Of a DNA stretch of 64,000 nt, positions 56,231 through 64,000 are shown in pieces. Source of the DNA: Anaerolineae bacterium (GTDB lineage: Bacteria > Chloroflexota > Anaerolineae > Anaerolineales > RBG-16-64-43); contig PLND01000063.1 of the NCBI GenBank assembly GCA_003141675.1, forward strand, positions 30,036 to 94,035, read 5' to 3'. Position numbers and translations under genes: made by a program. The notes beneath the pieces are model-generated. The model was not told where the DNA came from and did not search any database. It saw nothing but the letters and a program-made list of their open reading frames with translations. Numbering within the stretch: position 1 is the stretch's first letter; every line of letters begins with the position of its first letter.

Positions 56231-57976
56231 TTAAGAACCAATCCTGCGAAGCAGGATTTTATAGACATTCGCAGTGGCAGCCTGGCTCGAATGCAACGCA
56301 ACGGTGATGATCGTTTCAAAGTCCGTCGAATATCGAAAATGATCCGCGCTCCAGCCATGGGCCAACGTTTGATTATTAGAGTCGAGGATCTCGATGTTTG
56401 CGCCGCTATTGGATATCACCTCCACTTCCCAATTTCCCGCCGGAAGGGTTATGGGTTGTGAAAGAACGGATGCATCCGCCGCAGCTTGCACGTAGAATTC
56501 GCCGGTTTCATCGTGATCAATGAGGGTGGAAGGATTCCCATTGATCAAATAGGCCGGTATTTCGATGAGGTTTTCCCTTTCCAGAATTCCGATTTTTGGG
56601 CTTTGCTTCCGAATCCAAATGCCCACCGGCACGTTTTCCATATAATCGAATTGCGAAAACGTATACGCTTCGAAGAATTCCGGCATCTGCTGCATTTGGA
56701 TGCCGCTTTGGAAGCACGCATTCCGCCAACCCCAGGGCGAGCAGAACATGATCAGATCGGGCTTTCGGTCGAAAACATACTGCCCGTTCCCCAATTCATG
56801 CCCGATGGGCCCGGCGCCCATAAGGGCGGGTGGATGCCGGGCAATGTAATAATCATTCAAACCGAGCATATCCAGGGAAGGCAGCTCCGACCAATACGGA
56901 AGGCTTCCGGCGGTATCGACGGCTAACAGCGGTTGGTATTTTCCGAACCCCTTTTTCAGCATCTCGCCGATGCGCTCTCCATCCCAGACCCACATTCCCT
57001 GATAGGTGCTTCTATTTTGATCGTTCATCGATTGATTTTTAAAGTACATTGCGAAAATCACCGCAAGGATTGCGGTCAGCGCCAACAGTTCCGCGAAAAA
57101 TGGCAAAGTAGTCCGATGGCTCTTTCTGCGGTCCTGGAGCAGCCAATCCGTACCCGTCATTAAAAGAAAGGCAATGGCCGGAATCACGGGAATCAGTTGG
57201 CGCCACCCAGGGAAAATATCTCCGCCGATGAGGATGAGGTAAACCGTCCAAGAGCAAATGAGGGCGGCCAACAGAATGATTCTTTTCACTTGGTGCCGAT
57301 GGAAAATTCCGAGGATGCCGGCGAGGATTCCTAATTCAAGGAAGGGCGAAAACGATGCCAGGCCCTCGAACACATAACGCAATCCCAACACAAGATGTTT
57401 AAAAGAGGGAACAATTTTTGCGTACGCCGTATTCGGCACCCAATCGCCATAGTACGCCAACCGAAAGAAGAGTTGACCGAAGAACAGGATCGCCGGAAGG
57501 ACCAACAAGGCGGCTGTGAGTTTGAGCGCTTGTTTATTCCTTCCCCGGACCAGGAAAATTACGCCCGCGAAGGTCACCAGGAAGATCAGACTATCCGGAC
57601 GAGTAAGCAGCAATAACCCCAAACATAAACCCAGGAGAAAAATGGAATAAAGGCGCGGTTGCTCCTCGTCCATTACCTTAAAACCGAAAATTATCGCCCA
57701 GGTTAATAATAAAAGGATTAACGGCTGTTCGAGCCCCCCGATCGTCCAAATCGCCACGGGAGCAGACAGTACGAGAAAGCCTCCTCCCATCAGAACCGGA
57801 AGCGCGCCTCTCCAGCCGCGGGGCGGAAAGGCGGCAAATAAACCGACAATGGCGCCACCCATGCAGATATATCCCAAAATGCGGGACGCGGACACCAAAT
57901 CGATGCCCCAAAAACCCAGGAATGCATTTAAAAGGACCCACAGAAAATTCGAAAACCCCTCCACAGGCCGGCCCAT
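56231..57976 (-). CDS. polytopic GT-C-like membrane (glycosyl)transferase, main body
   Basis: At least 10 TM helices and a soluble C-terminal domain. Begins (M)GRPVEGFSNFLWVLL, which continues the upstream fragment after a frameshift. GC is about 50% by spot count. Confidence 0.8.
   Translation of the reverse strand: MGRPVEGFSNFLWVLLNAFLGFWGIDLVSASRILGYICMGGAIVGLFAAFPPRGWRGALPVLMGGGFLVLSAPVAIWTIGGLEQPLILLLLTWAIIFGFKVMDEEQPRLYSIFLLGLCLGLLLLTRPDSLIFLVTFAGVIFLVRGRNKQALKLTAALLVLPAILFFGQLFFRLAYYGDWVPNTAYAKIVPSFKHLVLGLRYVFEGLASFSPFLELGILAGILGIFHRHQVKRIILLAALICSWTVYLILIGGDIFPGWRQLIPVIPAIAFLLMTGTDWLLQDRRKSHRTTLPFFAELLALTAILAVIFAMYFKNQSMNDQNRSTYQGMWVWDGERIGEMLKKGFGKYQPLLAVDTAGSLPYWSELPSLDMLGLNDYYIARHPPALMGAGPIGHELGNGQYVFDRKPDLIMFCSPWGWRNACFQSGIQMQQMPEFFEAYTFSQFDYMENVPVGIWIRKQSPKIGILERENLIEIPAYLINGNPSTLIDHDETGEFYVQAAADASVLSQPITLPAGNWEVEVISNSGANIEILDSNNQTLAHGWSADHFRYSTDFETIITVALHSSQAATANVYKILLRRIGS
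56240..56262 (+). terminator. putative terminator hairpin after yitJ-like gene
   Basis: Stem AATCCTGC / GCAGGATT, loop GAA, then TTTAT. Lies inside the 3' end of the convergent gene. Confidence 0.45.
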
Positions 57977-58193
57977 CCGTCCATGTCAGCCCGTGACCTT
58001 GGACAAGTCTCTGCGCGTACCGGAGGGATATCAGCGCGTCGTCGGAGAGGAATGGCATATACCGGCGGGCATGGAATAGCAACACCCCAAACAAAAAAAG
58101 AAAGATTGCGAGACCGAGACCTATCACCAGGATGCTCGAAACGAAATTCTTTTTTCCATCCGGGGTTTTGCGGTCCAAAGGTAACGAGACCAT
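57972..58193 (-). pseudogene. N-terminal fragment of the same GT-C-like gene, separated by an apparent 1-nt insertion
   Basis: MVSLPLDRKTPDGKKNFVSSILVIGLGLAIFLFLFGVLLFHARRYMPFLSDDALISLRYAQRLVQGHGLTWTDG. Removing one G of the GGG run (CCC 57972-57974 on the + strand) joins it in frame to RPVEGFSNFLW. Confidence 0.7.
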
Positions 58194-58560
58194 CTCACAT
58201 CCTTTATAGGAAAAAATTATCCGGATTATTATCTCACAAAGTAGCTGTCATATCTGCGCCGGTGATCATGGTTGAGATCAGGAATTTCCCAGTGTCATGG
58301 AAAGCCCGGGGGTTCATCCCGGTGGATGAGGTGTTTCGGTTATCAAACTTTGTTTGGAATATTCAATGCTTTTATCTCGGGTGGCGAGGTTCGAGAGGGA
58401 CTCTGAGGCCATTTGGTCGGTGAATACGTTCATCCTTGGCGGGTTGGGTGGCGCCTCCGATTGATGAAATGCCTTGCTTGGCGTATAACTCTTCCGAGAA
58501 TGGCTTGTTTTAAAGAAATCGAGGAATCACAGAAGAAAAAGTTTACTCATTTTATTTGTA

Positions 58561-59808
58561 TTGGTTTTACTCCTCTCCGCCTGCATCTTCCGCGCGCGGC
58601 CAGCGATTTTTTCTACAAACCCAATAGCATCTACGATTGGACCGCCGATCGTAACCGCGACAGCGGGTTTCGCAGCGAGTGCAACCATCGAACCGACACG
58701 AACGGTGATCTCCGTCGTCCGCCGCGCGACCGTCGGCACGCGTAAAATCTGCCAGTTCACCGGCAACACTGACCGTGAACTGAACCAACCCACGCATAAC
58801 CAGACCGGAACCAAGTATGGCGTGCTCGGCACCGATCTGGGATTTTCATTCCCGTTCGACAACCGGCTCTACTTCCTCTTTGGAGATACGGTCGGATTAC
58901 ACGGCGGCGACAGCATCGCATACAGCCAGGACACCGACCCCGAAGATTGTCTGCAGTTACAGTTCGTCACCGGACCCGACGGGCGTTACATGCCGCCCAA
59001 AGTGCCGAGCGTCAGTCTGGATGCGTTCGAGGTTCCCATAGGCGGATTGGGAGTTGGGCAGAAGATTTATGTCTTCTTCACGACCGCTCACACGGAGCAG
59101 AAGGTGATGGGACGCTCGGTCCTGGCGCGCTCCGACGACGGGGCGAAGAGCTTCACTTTTCTTTACAACGTCTCGACCGATAAATTCATCAACGTCGATC
59201 CGGTGGTTGTCGAAGCTGCCGCCATTCCCGGGATCCCTGAAAACACGAGGCAGGGCGTGCTGCTGTGGGGAACCGGAGACTACCGCAAGAGTAATCCCTA
59301 CCTGGCCTACATCCCGCTTGCTTCGGTGGAGGATCGCGCCGCGTGGCGTTTCTATGCCGGCGTCGATCCGGCCACCGGCCTGTCGCGCTGGAGCGAACAG
59401 GAAACCGACGCCGCGGCGCTCTTCGATCATCCGTGCCTGGGGGAAATCTCGGTGGCCTGGTACCCAACCTTGGGCAAGTGGCTGATGCTCTACAATTGCG
59501 CGCTGCCGCGCGGGATCACAATGCGTTTGGCGGACCGGCCCTGGGAGCCGTGGTCGGACGGCGAGGTGATCTTCCAACCCTGGAACGACGGCGGGTACTG
59601 CCACTTCATGCACGTCGCATACAGTTCGCAAAATTGCGATACGGTTTCGGACCCCGGGCACGAAAACGAGTGGGCCGGCGAATATGGGCCGTACATGATC
59701 CCATCGCTGGCGCAAAATAAAGCCGGAACGACGACTATCTATTATGTTATGTCAGTTTGGAATCCGTACGAGGTGATGCTGATGAAGACGGAATTAATAC
59801 TTGGATAG
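58561..59808 (+). CDS. DUF4185-domain protein (beta-propeller glycoside-hydrolase-like)
   Basis: GTDLGFSFPFDNRLYFLFGDT and later DUF4185-type blocks. The only in-frame start is TTG 58561, giving MVLLLSAC. A better signal peptide appears if an A5 run upstream is shortened (see findings). Confidence 0.8.
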   Translation: MVLLLSACIFRARPAIFSTNPIASTIGPPIVTATAGFAASATIEPTRTVISVVRRATVGTRKICQFTGNTDRELNQPTHNQTGTKYGVLGTDLGFSFPFDNRLYFLFGDTVGLHGGDSIAYSQDTDPEDCLQLQFVTGPDGRYMPPKVPSVSLDAFEVPIGGLGVGQKIYVFFTTAHTEQKVMGRSVLARSDDGAKSFTFLYNVSTDKFINVDPVVVEAAAIPGIPENTRQGVLLWGTGDYRKSNPYLAYIPLASVEDRAAWRFYAGVDPATGLSRWSEQETDAAALFDHPCLGEISVAWYPTLGKWLMLYNCALPRGITMRLADRPWEPWSDGEVIFQPWNDGGYCHFMHVAYSSQNCDTVSDPGHENEWAGEYGPYMIPSLAQNKAGTTTIYYVMSVWNPYEVMLMKTELILG

Positions 59809-59879
59809 ATTGGAAAGAGAACACAGATTACTCGGATAAACATGGATGACGCGGATAAATCTTCTATTATTTAAAGACA

Positions 59880-59907
59880 AATCGGGCCCGCGGAAGCGGG
59901 CCCGATT
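59880..59907. terminator. bidirectional terminator hairpin between convergent genes
   Basis: Perfect 12-bp stem AATCGGGCCCGC / GCGGGCCCGATT with a GGAA loop. The U-rich tract is on the minus-strand side. Confidence 0.65.
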
Positions 59908-59946
59908 ATCAATACCTATTGTTTTATCCGTGTAATCCGTGGTATC

Positions 59947-61527
59947 TCATTTCCCGCTCGGGGCGATGACCGCGCAGAATGCCAGCGTGACGTTGGCAAA
60001 TACATCGCTGTGTAAAAGAGGCGTCCCACCCTTATCGTTGGCGACGAACTGATATTGCAACCAGGCCTCCTTGATTTTCAGGGTGGTATGGCCCGGAAGA
60101 TCGTCCAAGATCAAGGTGAATAAATATTTCCCTCCGCCCATCGGGCTCATCGCATCCCCTTGGCTCCAGCCGGATAAATCGCCGCTGCTTTTGTCCTTCA
60201 GCTGGAAGAAGATGCCGATGCTTTGCACAAGGTCGGGTTGGGATACACCGATTTGGAATTGCACTTGGACCGGTCCGCAACTGGCGCCGGGGTAGTAAAA
60301 GTGGTCGGTGGAGATCCAGGGATCGATGAACTTGAGGCCCGAGGCGGTTTGCGTCGGGGTATTCGTTAACGCCGGTGTGGAAGTCGCCGTTGGAGTCGCG
60401 CCGAGCGCCTCCAGCCAGCGGAAGGTGGCGGCGATCTGGTCGAAGACTACGCTCTCAGCCGCCTGATTAAAAAGCGGCGGGGGAGTGGAGTAGTTGCCGG
60501 GATTACCCGAATGCAGGACGCCCGTCAGGCTGGCGCATACGTCGCCGCGCTGAGTCGAGTAGCCGGTCCACTGATAGATGCTCCCGGCCGCGCCCTCGCT
60601 CGCCTTCTGCACCAGAAAATCCAATCCGGCGATGGCGCGGTGCGAGGTTGTGATCACCGCTGGGTCGTATCCCGCCGCCTGCGGGGATTGGCACACGGGT
60701 GGAGCGTTGCTGCCGTCCACGTCCATCCACTTTTCGAGTAGGTTGGTATCCGCGGCGATGGTGAGGTGGATCCGCACGTGAGCCGGGGTTTCATCGGAGA
60801 GGGTCGCATCCGACGGATAGCAAACCTCGAACGCGTAGGTTGCGTTTGTATAGCATAGCCATCCTGCGGGAATCCCCGCGGTCACGGCCGGCGTGGGAGT
60901 TGCCGTTTGAGTCGCACCGGGCGCCTCCAGCCAGCGGAAGGTGGCGGTGATCTGGTCGAAGACGACGCTCTCGGCGGCCGGGTCGATGGTCGGCGGCGGG
61001 GTGGGGTAGTTTAGCGCATCGGTTGTGTGCACCACGCCCGAGAGGCTCGCGCAAACGGCGGCCCGCTGCGTCGAATACCCCATCCAATTGTAGAAGTTGC
61101 CCGCTGCGCCCTGGCTCCCGCTCTGCACCAAGAAATCCAACCCGGCGATCGTCCGGTGGGTATCGTTGGTTGTGCCGGGCGCGTATCCCGCCGCCTGGGG
61201 GCTCACGCACGTTGACAAGCCGCTTGCCGCGTCAACGTCCATCCACTTTTCCGCCAGGTTCGTCCCCGCCGTTACCGGAAAGGAAATCCGCGCGTGCTCC
61301 GGCGTACTGGAACTGAAGGTCGCGTCGGGCGGATAGCAGACCTCGAAGCCGTATGTGGCGTTTGTGTAGCAAACCCAACCGGCCGGAATGGTCGCCGGGG
61401 CGGGGGTCGGCGTGGGCGTCGGGAATTGAGGCAGGTTGCACGCTATCGACGCGATGATCGCCGCCGAGAGAAAGATTGTCGCGCGCAGGAATGCTCTCCG
61501 ATGAATGTCGCGAGTGAATGTTTTCAT
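59947..61527 (-). CDS. Tat-signal lipoprotein with tandemly duplicated about 170-aa domain
   Basis: ATG 61527 behind AGGAGG. HRRAFLRATIFLSAAIIASIAC combines a twin-arginine motif with a lipobox. Two units start IPAGW(V/L)CYTNATY(G/A)FEVCYP and end VVFDQI(T/A)ATFRWLEA. Confidence 0.8.
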   Translation of the reverse strand: MKTFTRDIHRRAFLRATIFLSAAIIASIACNLPQFPTPTPTPAPATIPAGWVCYTNATYGFEVCYPPDATFSSSTPEHARISFPVTAGTNLAEKWMDVDAASGLSTCVSPQAAGYAPGTTNDTHRTIAGLDFLVQSGSQGAAGNFYNWMGYSTQRAAVCASLSGVVHTTDALNYPTPPPTIDPAAESVVFDQITATFRWLEAPGATQTATPTPAVTAGIPAGWLCYTNATYAFEVCYPSDATLSDETPAHVRIHLTIAADTNLLEKWMDVDGSNAPPVCQSPQAAGYDPAVITTSHRAIAGLDFLVQKASEGAAGSIYQWTGYSTQRGDVCASLTGVLHSGNPGNYSTPPPLFNQAAESVVFDQIAATFRWLEALGATPTATSTPALTNTPTQTASGLKFIDPWISTDHFYYPGASCGPVQVQFQIGVSQPDLVQSIGIFFQLKDKSSGDLSGWSQGDAMSPMGGGKYLFTLILDDLPGHTTLKIKEAWLQYQFVANDKGGTPLLHSDVFANVTLAFCAVIAPSGK

Positions 61528-61692
61528 CTCTCCTCCTGTTGCCGAAATTCCGTGTCTTATTTCCACCCACACCGCCAACAATTTATACTATCACTATGTA
61601 GTTGATTTTATAGCGTTCCAAGCTTTTGACAAACCGATAAACATTTATAAAACCTCCAAAAAACCTCCAAAGGGGATGATTTGGTTAAAAAG

Positions 61693-61791
61693 GTACACGG
61701 AATTCACCGAGAAAGTCACGGAAGGCACGGAAGACAACATGAGTATTTCACCTGATTTACTGCCTGAGATTTTTCTTTGTATTCCGTGTAC
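61693..61791. repeat. about 100-bp element bounded by perfect 11-bp inverted repeats
   Basis: GTACACGGAAT (61693-61703) and ATTCCGTGTAC (61781-61791). The interior has CACGGAA three times. Confidence 0.6.
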
Positions 61792-61821
61792 AAATTTATC
61801 CATTGATGCCGGGCAGGTGGA

Positions 61822-62298
61822 TTACATTACCTGCACTACGGCAGTCAGGAGAATGATGATCACTCCGCCGGCAGCCGATAGGCCGTTCATCCGCCAGAAT
61901 TGGGCAAGGAGGCCCGGCCGGTCGGAAGCCCGCGCTCCCGCAAGCCGGCGGGTGACACCCATGTCCAGATACACGCCCAGAGCGATCCATCCAAGGACGA
62001 GAATGTGCTTGGCATATATGAGGACCGACCAGGGGTTTCCAATTTCCATGAATCCCTGGTAGTGGGAATCGGTTACCAGCATCAAGGTGCCGGTGACGAT
62101 GAATGTCGCGATTGAGCTGAGCACCCACGGCCGGCTTCGTGCGACGAGCGCGGGGAGCAACCGGGATTGCTCCTCCTCCGGGACGAGCCGCCGCAGGACG
62201 GGGACGACGACCAGCGCGGAGAGCACATAATTCCCCACGAGCAGGACGGTAGAAAGGGTGTGCAGTGCAATGCAAATTGAAAGGAAGACGGGATTCAT
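61822..62298 (-). CDS. hypothetical integral membrane protein (4 TM helices)
   Basis: Hydrophobicity pattern only. No motif recognised with confidence. Confidence 0.6.
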   Translation of the reverse strand: MNPVFLSICIALHTLSTVLLVGNYVLSALVVVPVLRRLVPEEEQSRLLPALVARSRPWVLSSIATFIVTGTLMLVTDSHYQGFMEIGNPWSVLIYAKHILVLGWIALGVYLDMGVTRRLAGARASDRPGLLAQFWRMNGLSAAGGVIIILLTAVVQVM

Positions 62299-62467
62299 GG
62301 ATATCCTCCTCGGGAAATTTTGCCAAGTATATCCGCAACGGGTAAAACCCGCATCGAAAAGTGGGAAAGGAATTCAACGTTTTCGACCTGAAGCCGATCA
62401 GATAAAATAGTCGGGAGAGGGATGACGATCTCTCAACCGGCGTTCCAGTTCCCTTTGGGGATTTCCC

Positions 62468-62986
62468 ATGCATCCGCTTCTTAAAAAACTTCAGGGAGGC
62501 GACCGCCGCTCAATCGGGAAAAGCCGCGATGTCGTAAACGAGATCCTTTCCCATCCGAGATTATTTGGGGTTATCTTCGATGGGATGTCGAATGAGGATC
62601 CTTTGGTCCGCATGCGTTGCGCCGATGCCGCGGAGAAAATCACTGCTCTGCGTCCCGGTCTCCTGCAACCGTATAAAAGGAAACTCCTGTGGAAGGTTGC
62701 CCCGATCGACCAGCAGGAGGTCCGCTGGCACGTTGCTCAGATGATCTCCCGGTTGACCCTCGGCCGGAGGGAGCGCCGCGAAGCCGCGGAAATCCTTGCG
62801 GGCTATCTCGAGGATGACAGCCGGATCGTCAAGACGTTTGCGATGCAGGCGCTGGCCGATCTGGCCCAACAGGATGCCGAGCTGCGGCCGGGGGTCATCC
62901 GAACATTAAAGAAGCTGACTCGGACCGGGAGTCCGGCGATGCGCAGCCGGGGACAAAAGTTGTTGCTCAGTCTTGGATCGCGGTAG
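62468..62986 (+). CDS. hypothetical HEAT/ARM-like repeat protein
   Basis: Helical-repeat pattern (DPLVRMRCADAAEKI, VRWHVAQMISRL, IVKTFAMQALADLA). No catalytic motif. Confidence 0.5.
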   Translation: MHPLLKKLQGGDRRSIGKSRDVVNEILSHPRLFGVIFDGMSNEDPLVRMRCADAAEKITALRPGLLQPYKRKLLWKVAPIDQQEVRWHVAQMISRLTLGRRERREAAEILAGYLEDDSRIVKTFAMQALADLAQQDAELRPGVIRTLKKLTRTGSPAMRSRGQKLLLSLGSR

Positions 62987-63209
62987 GGAGTCTATCGTCC
63001 GGACGAAGTTAAACCGGACCACTTTCTGCCGACGAGTTATTATTTTCGGGTTGAACGAAAAGCTGGAATTTATTCCGTCCGCCGTTGGGAGATATCATTG
63101 CGCATCCAGTTTGGAAGTCCGCCGATACATCCGCCCGCCGCGATGGTCGACTCGGCTGCGTTTTTTTGATTGATCGCGGCGATAAGATTACTTGCCAAAC
63201 ACGGAATGC

Positions 63210-63974
63210 TCAGCCGGCGCGCCCGCCGATTACAATTAATTCGGGCGAATTTTCCGCAAACGGTGAGCGGTCGTAATCCCCCCACAAATGCATCAGCCGC
63301 AATCCAGCCCGCTCCAGCAGCACCGGGATTTCGTTGGGGAAGAAGTATCGCAGAGTCATCGGAACCGTCGTGCGGGTCACCTTTCCCGCGGGATCGACCT
63401 CGTCATAGATCCAGGTAATGTGTCCGAGTTGCGCGACGCGGTCAAGTCGCAGGCTGGAGAATTGTTGTACGGTTACACCCTGTTCCCCGTCGCGGAAGGT
63501 GCGTTCCAAGACCAGCCCTTCCGGCATGGCGGAATAGATCGGGATGGGGTTGGGCAGGGCGAGCGCGAAAACGCCGCCGGGCGCGAGGTGCGCGGCGATC
63601 GACTTGAGAGCCGCGTCCGTTTCCGCCGTTTCGGTCAGATGCGAAAAAGTGTTGAAGGGAAGAATAACCAGCGGGAAGGTCTGCTTGAGTTCCAGACGCC
63701 GGAAATCCTCTTCCACCAGCCGGATCCGGCCCGCGATTGCGTTCTGCCTGGCCAGCCTGTTCCGGGCGAGTGCGATCATCTCGGGGGAAGAATCCACCCC
63801 CGTTGCCTCGAATCCCTCACGCGCCAGCTGCAGGAGAACCCGGCCGCTGCCGCATCCCAGCTCGAGTGCCGGCGCACCAAATTCGCGCGCCAGATCGCAC
63901 CAAAAAGGAAGATCCTCGGTGAATTCCGCGTTCTCCCAGTCATAAAATCGTGCGATTTGTGCGTAAGAGTTCAT
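63210..63974 (-). CDS. class I SAM-dependent methyltransferase
   Basis: Motif I ALELGCGSGRVLLQLA, motif II VDSSPEMI and post-I/III blocks. Confidence 0.85.
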   Translation of the reverse strand: MNSYAQIARFYDWENAEFTEDLPFWCDLAREFGAPALELGCGSGRVLLQLAREGFEATGVDSSPEMIALARNRLARQNAIAGRIRLVEEDFRRLELKQTFPLVILPFNTFSHLTETAETDAALKSIAAHLAPGGVFALALPNPIPIYSAMPEGLVLERTFRDGEQGVTVQQFSSLRLDRVAQLGHITWIYDEVDPAGKVTRTTVPMTLRYFFPNEIPVLLERAGLRLMHLWGDYDRSPFAENSPELIVIGGRAG

Positions 63975-64000
63975 GATTTGCTTGACGGTGTGGAGTGCGG

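Noticed and set aside
1-64000. Prophage, transposon, integron, toxin-antitoxin or canonical defence system (RM, CBASS, Thoeris, retron, etc.)
   Set aside because: No integrase, transposase, capsid/terminase, methyltransferase-endonuclease pair, cyclase, TIR/Sir2 or reverse transcriptase motifs are seen in any frame of the ORF track.

Overview
High-GC bacterial chromosomal segment. Spot counts give over 60% GC in most genes, with a few lower-GC patches. I count about 55 protein-coding genes, one clear SAM-I riboswitch and several families of GC-rich palindromic or tandem repeats. I found no rRNA, tRNA, CRISPR array, transposase, integrase or prophage genes.

Gene style includes PT-rich linkers, many LysM lipoproteins, an archaeal-type thiolase/HMG-CoA synthase/DUF35 trio and dense nested-hairpin repeats. 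This suggests a Chloroflexota (Anaerolineae-like) genome, but that is inference only.

Content is mostly housekeeping or envelope-related:
- Nucleic acid and tRNA functions: queG, polA, a YbaK deacylase and a DEAD-box helicase.
- Envelope and transport: CapA-like lipoprotein, PBP1A, PlsC, MFS transporter, GH1 beta-glucosidase and a gluzincin protease.
- Metal and stress: arsR-arsM, a CDF transporter and Hsp20.
- Isoprenoid: HMG-CoA reductase, HMG-CoA synthase, DUF35 and thiolase.
- Methionine: metH, a LysE exporter and a homocysteine methyltransferase/MTHFR fusion behind the SAM riboswitch.
- Others: ugd, two M16 peptidases and acpS in one operon-like run, plus Rrf2 and a HAD hydrolase.

I see no canonical defence system. 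The observations most worth a second look:
1. A COG1205/MrfA-type helicase with a textbook HNH nuclease motif inserted in its DUF1998 zinc domain. A low-GC DUF559 endonuclease cassette abuts its 3' end, and the upstream region of that cassette is tandemly triplicated.
2. A roughly 160-bp composite palindromic repeat family that brackets lysE inside the riboswitch-controlled methionine cluster.
3. A short CACGGAT-type motif that recurs just 3' of several stop codons.
4. Three apparent single-base insertions in homopolymer runs that break otherwise recognisable genes (hsp20, a GT-C-like membrane protein and possibly the DUF4185 signal peptide). These are either assembly errors or real pseudogenisation.
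5. A GT-C-like / DUF4185 divergent pair in a lower-GC patch.

All functional calls rest on motif recognition by eye. No database search was run.
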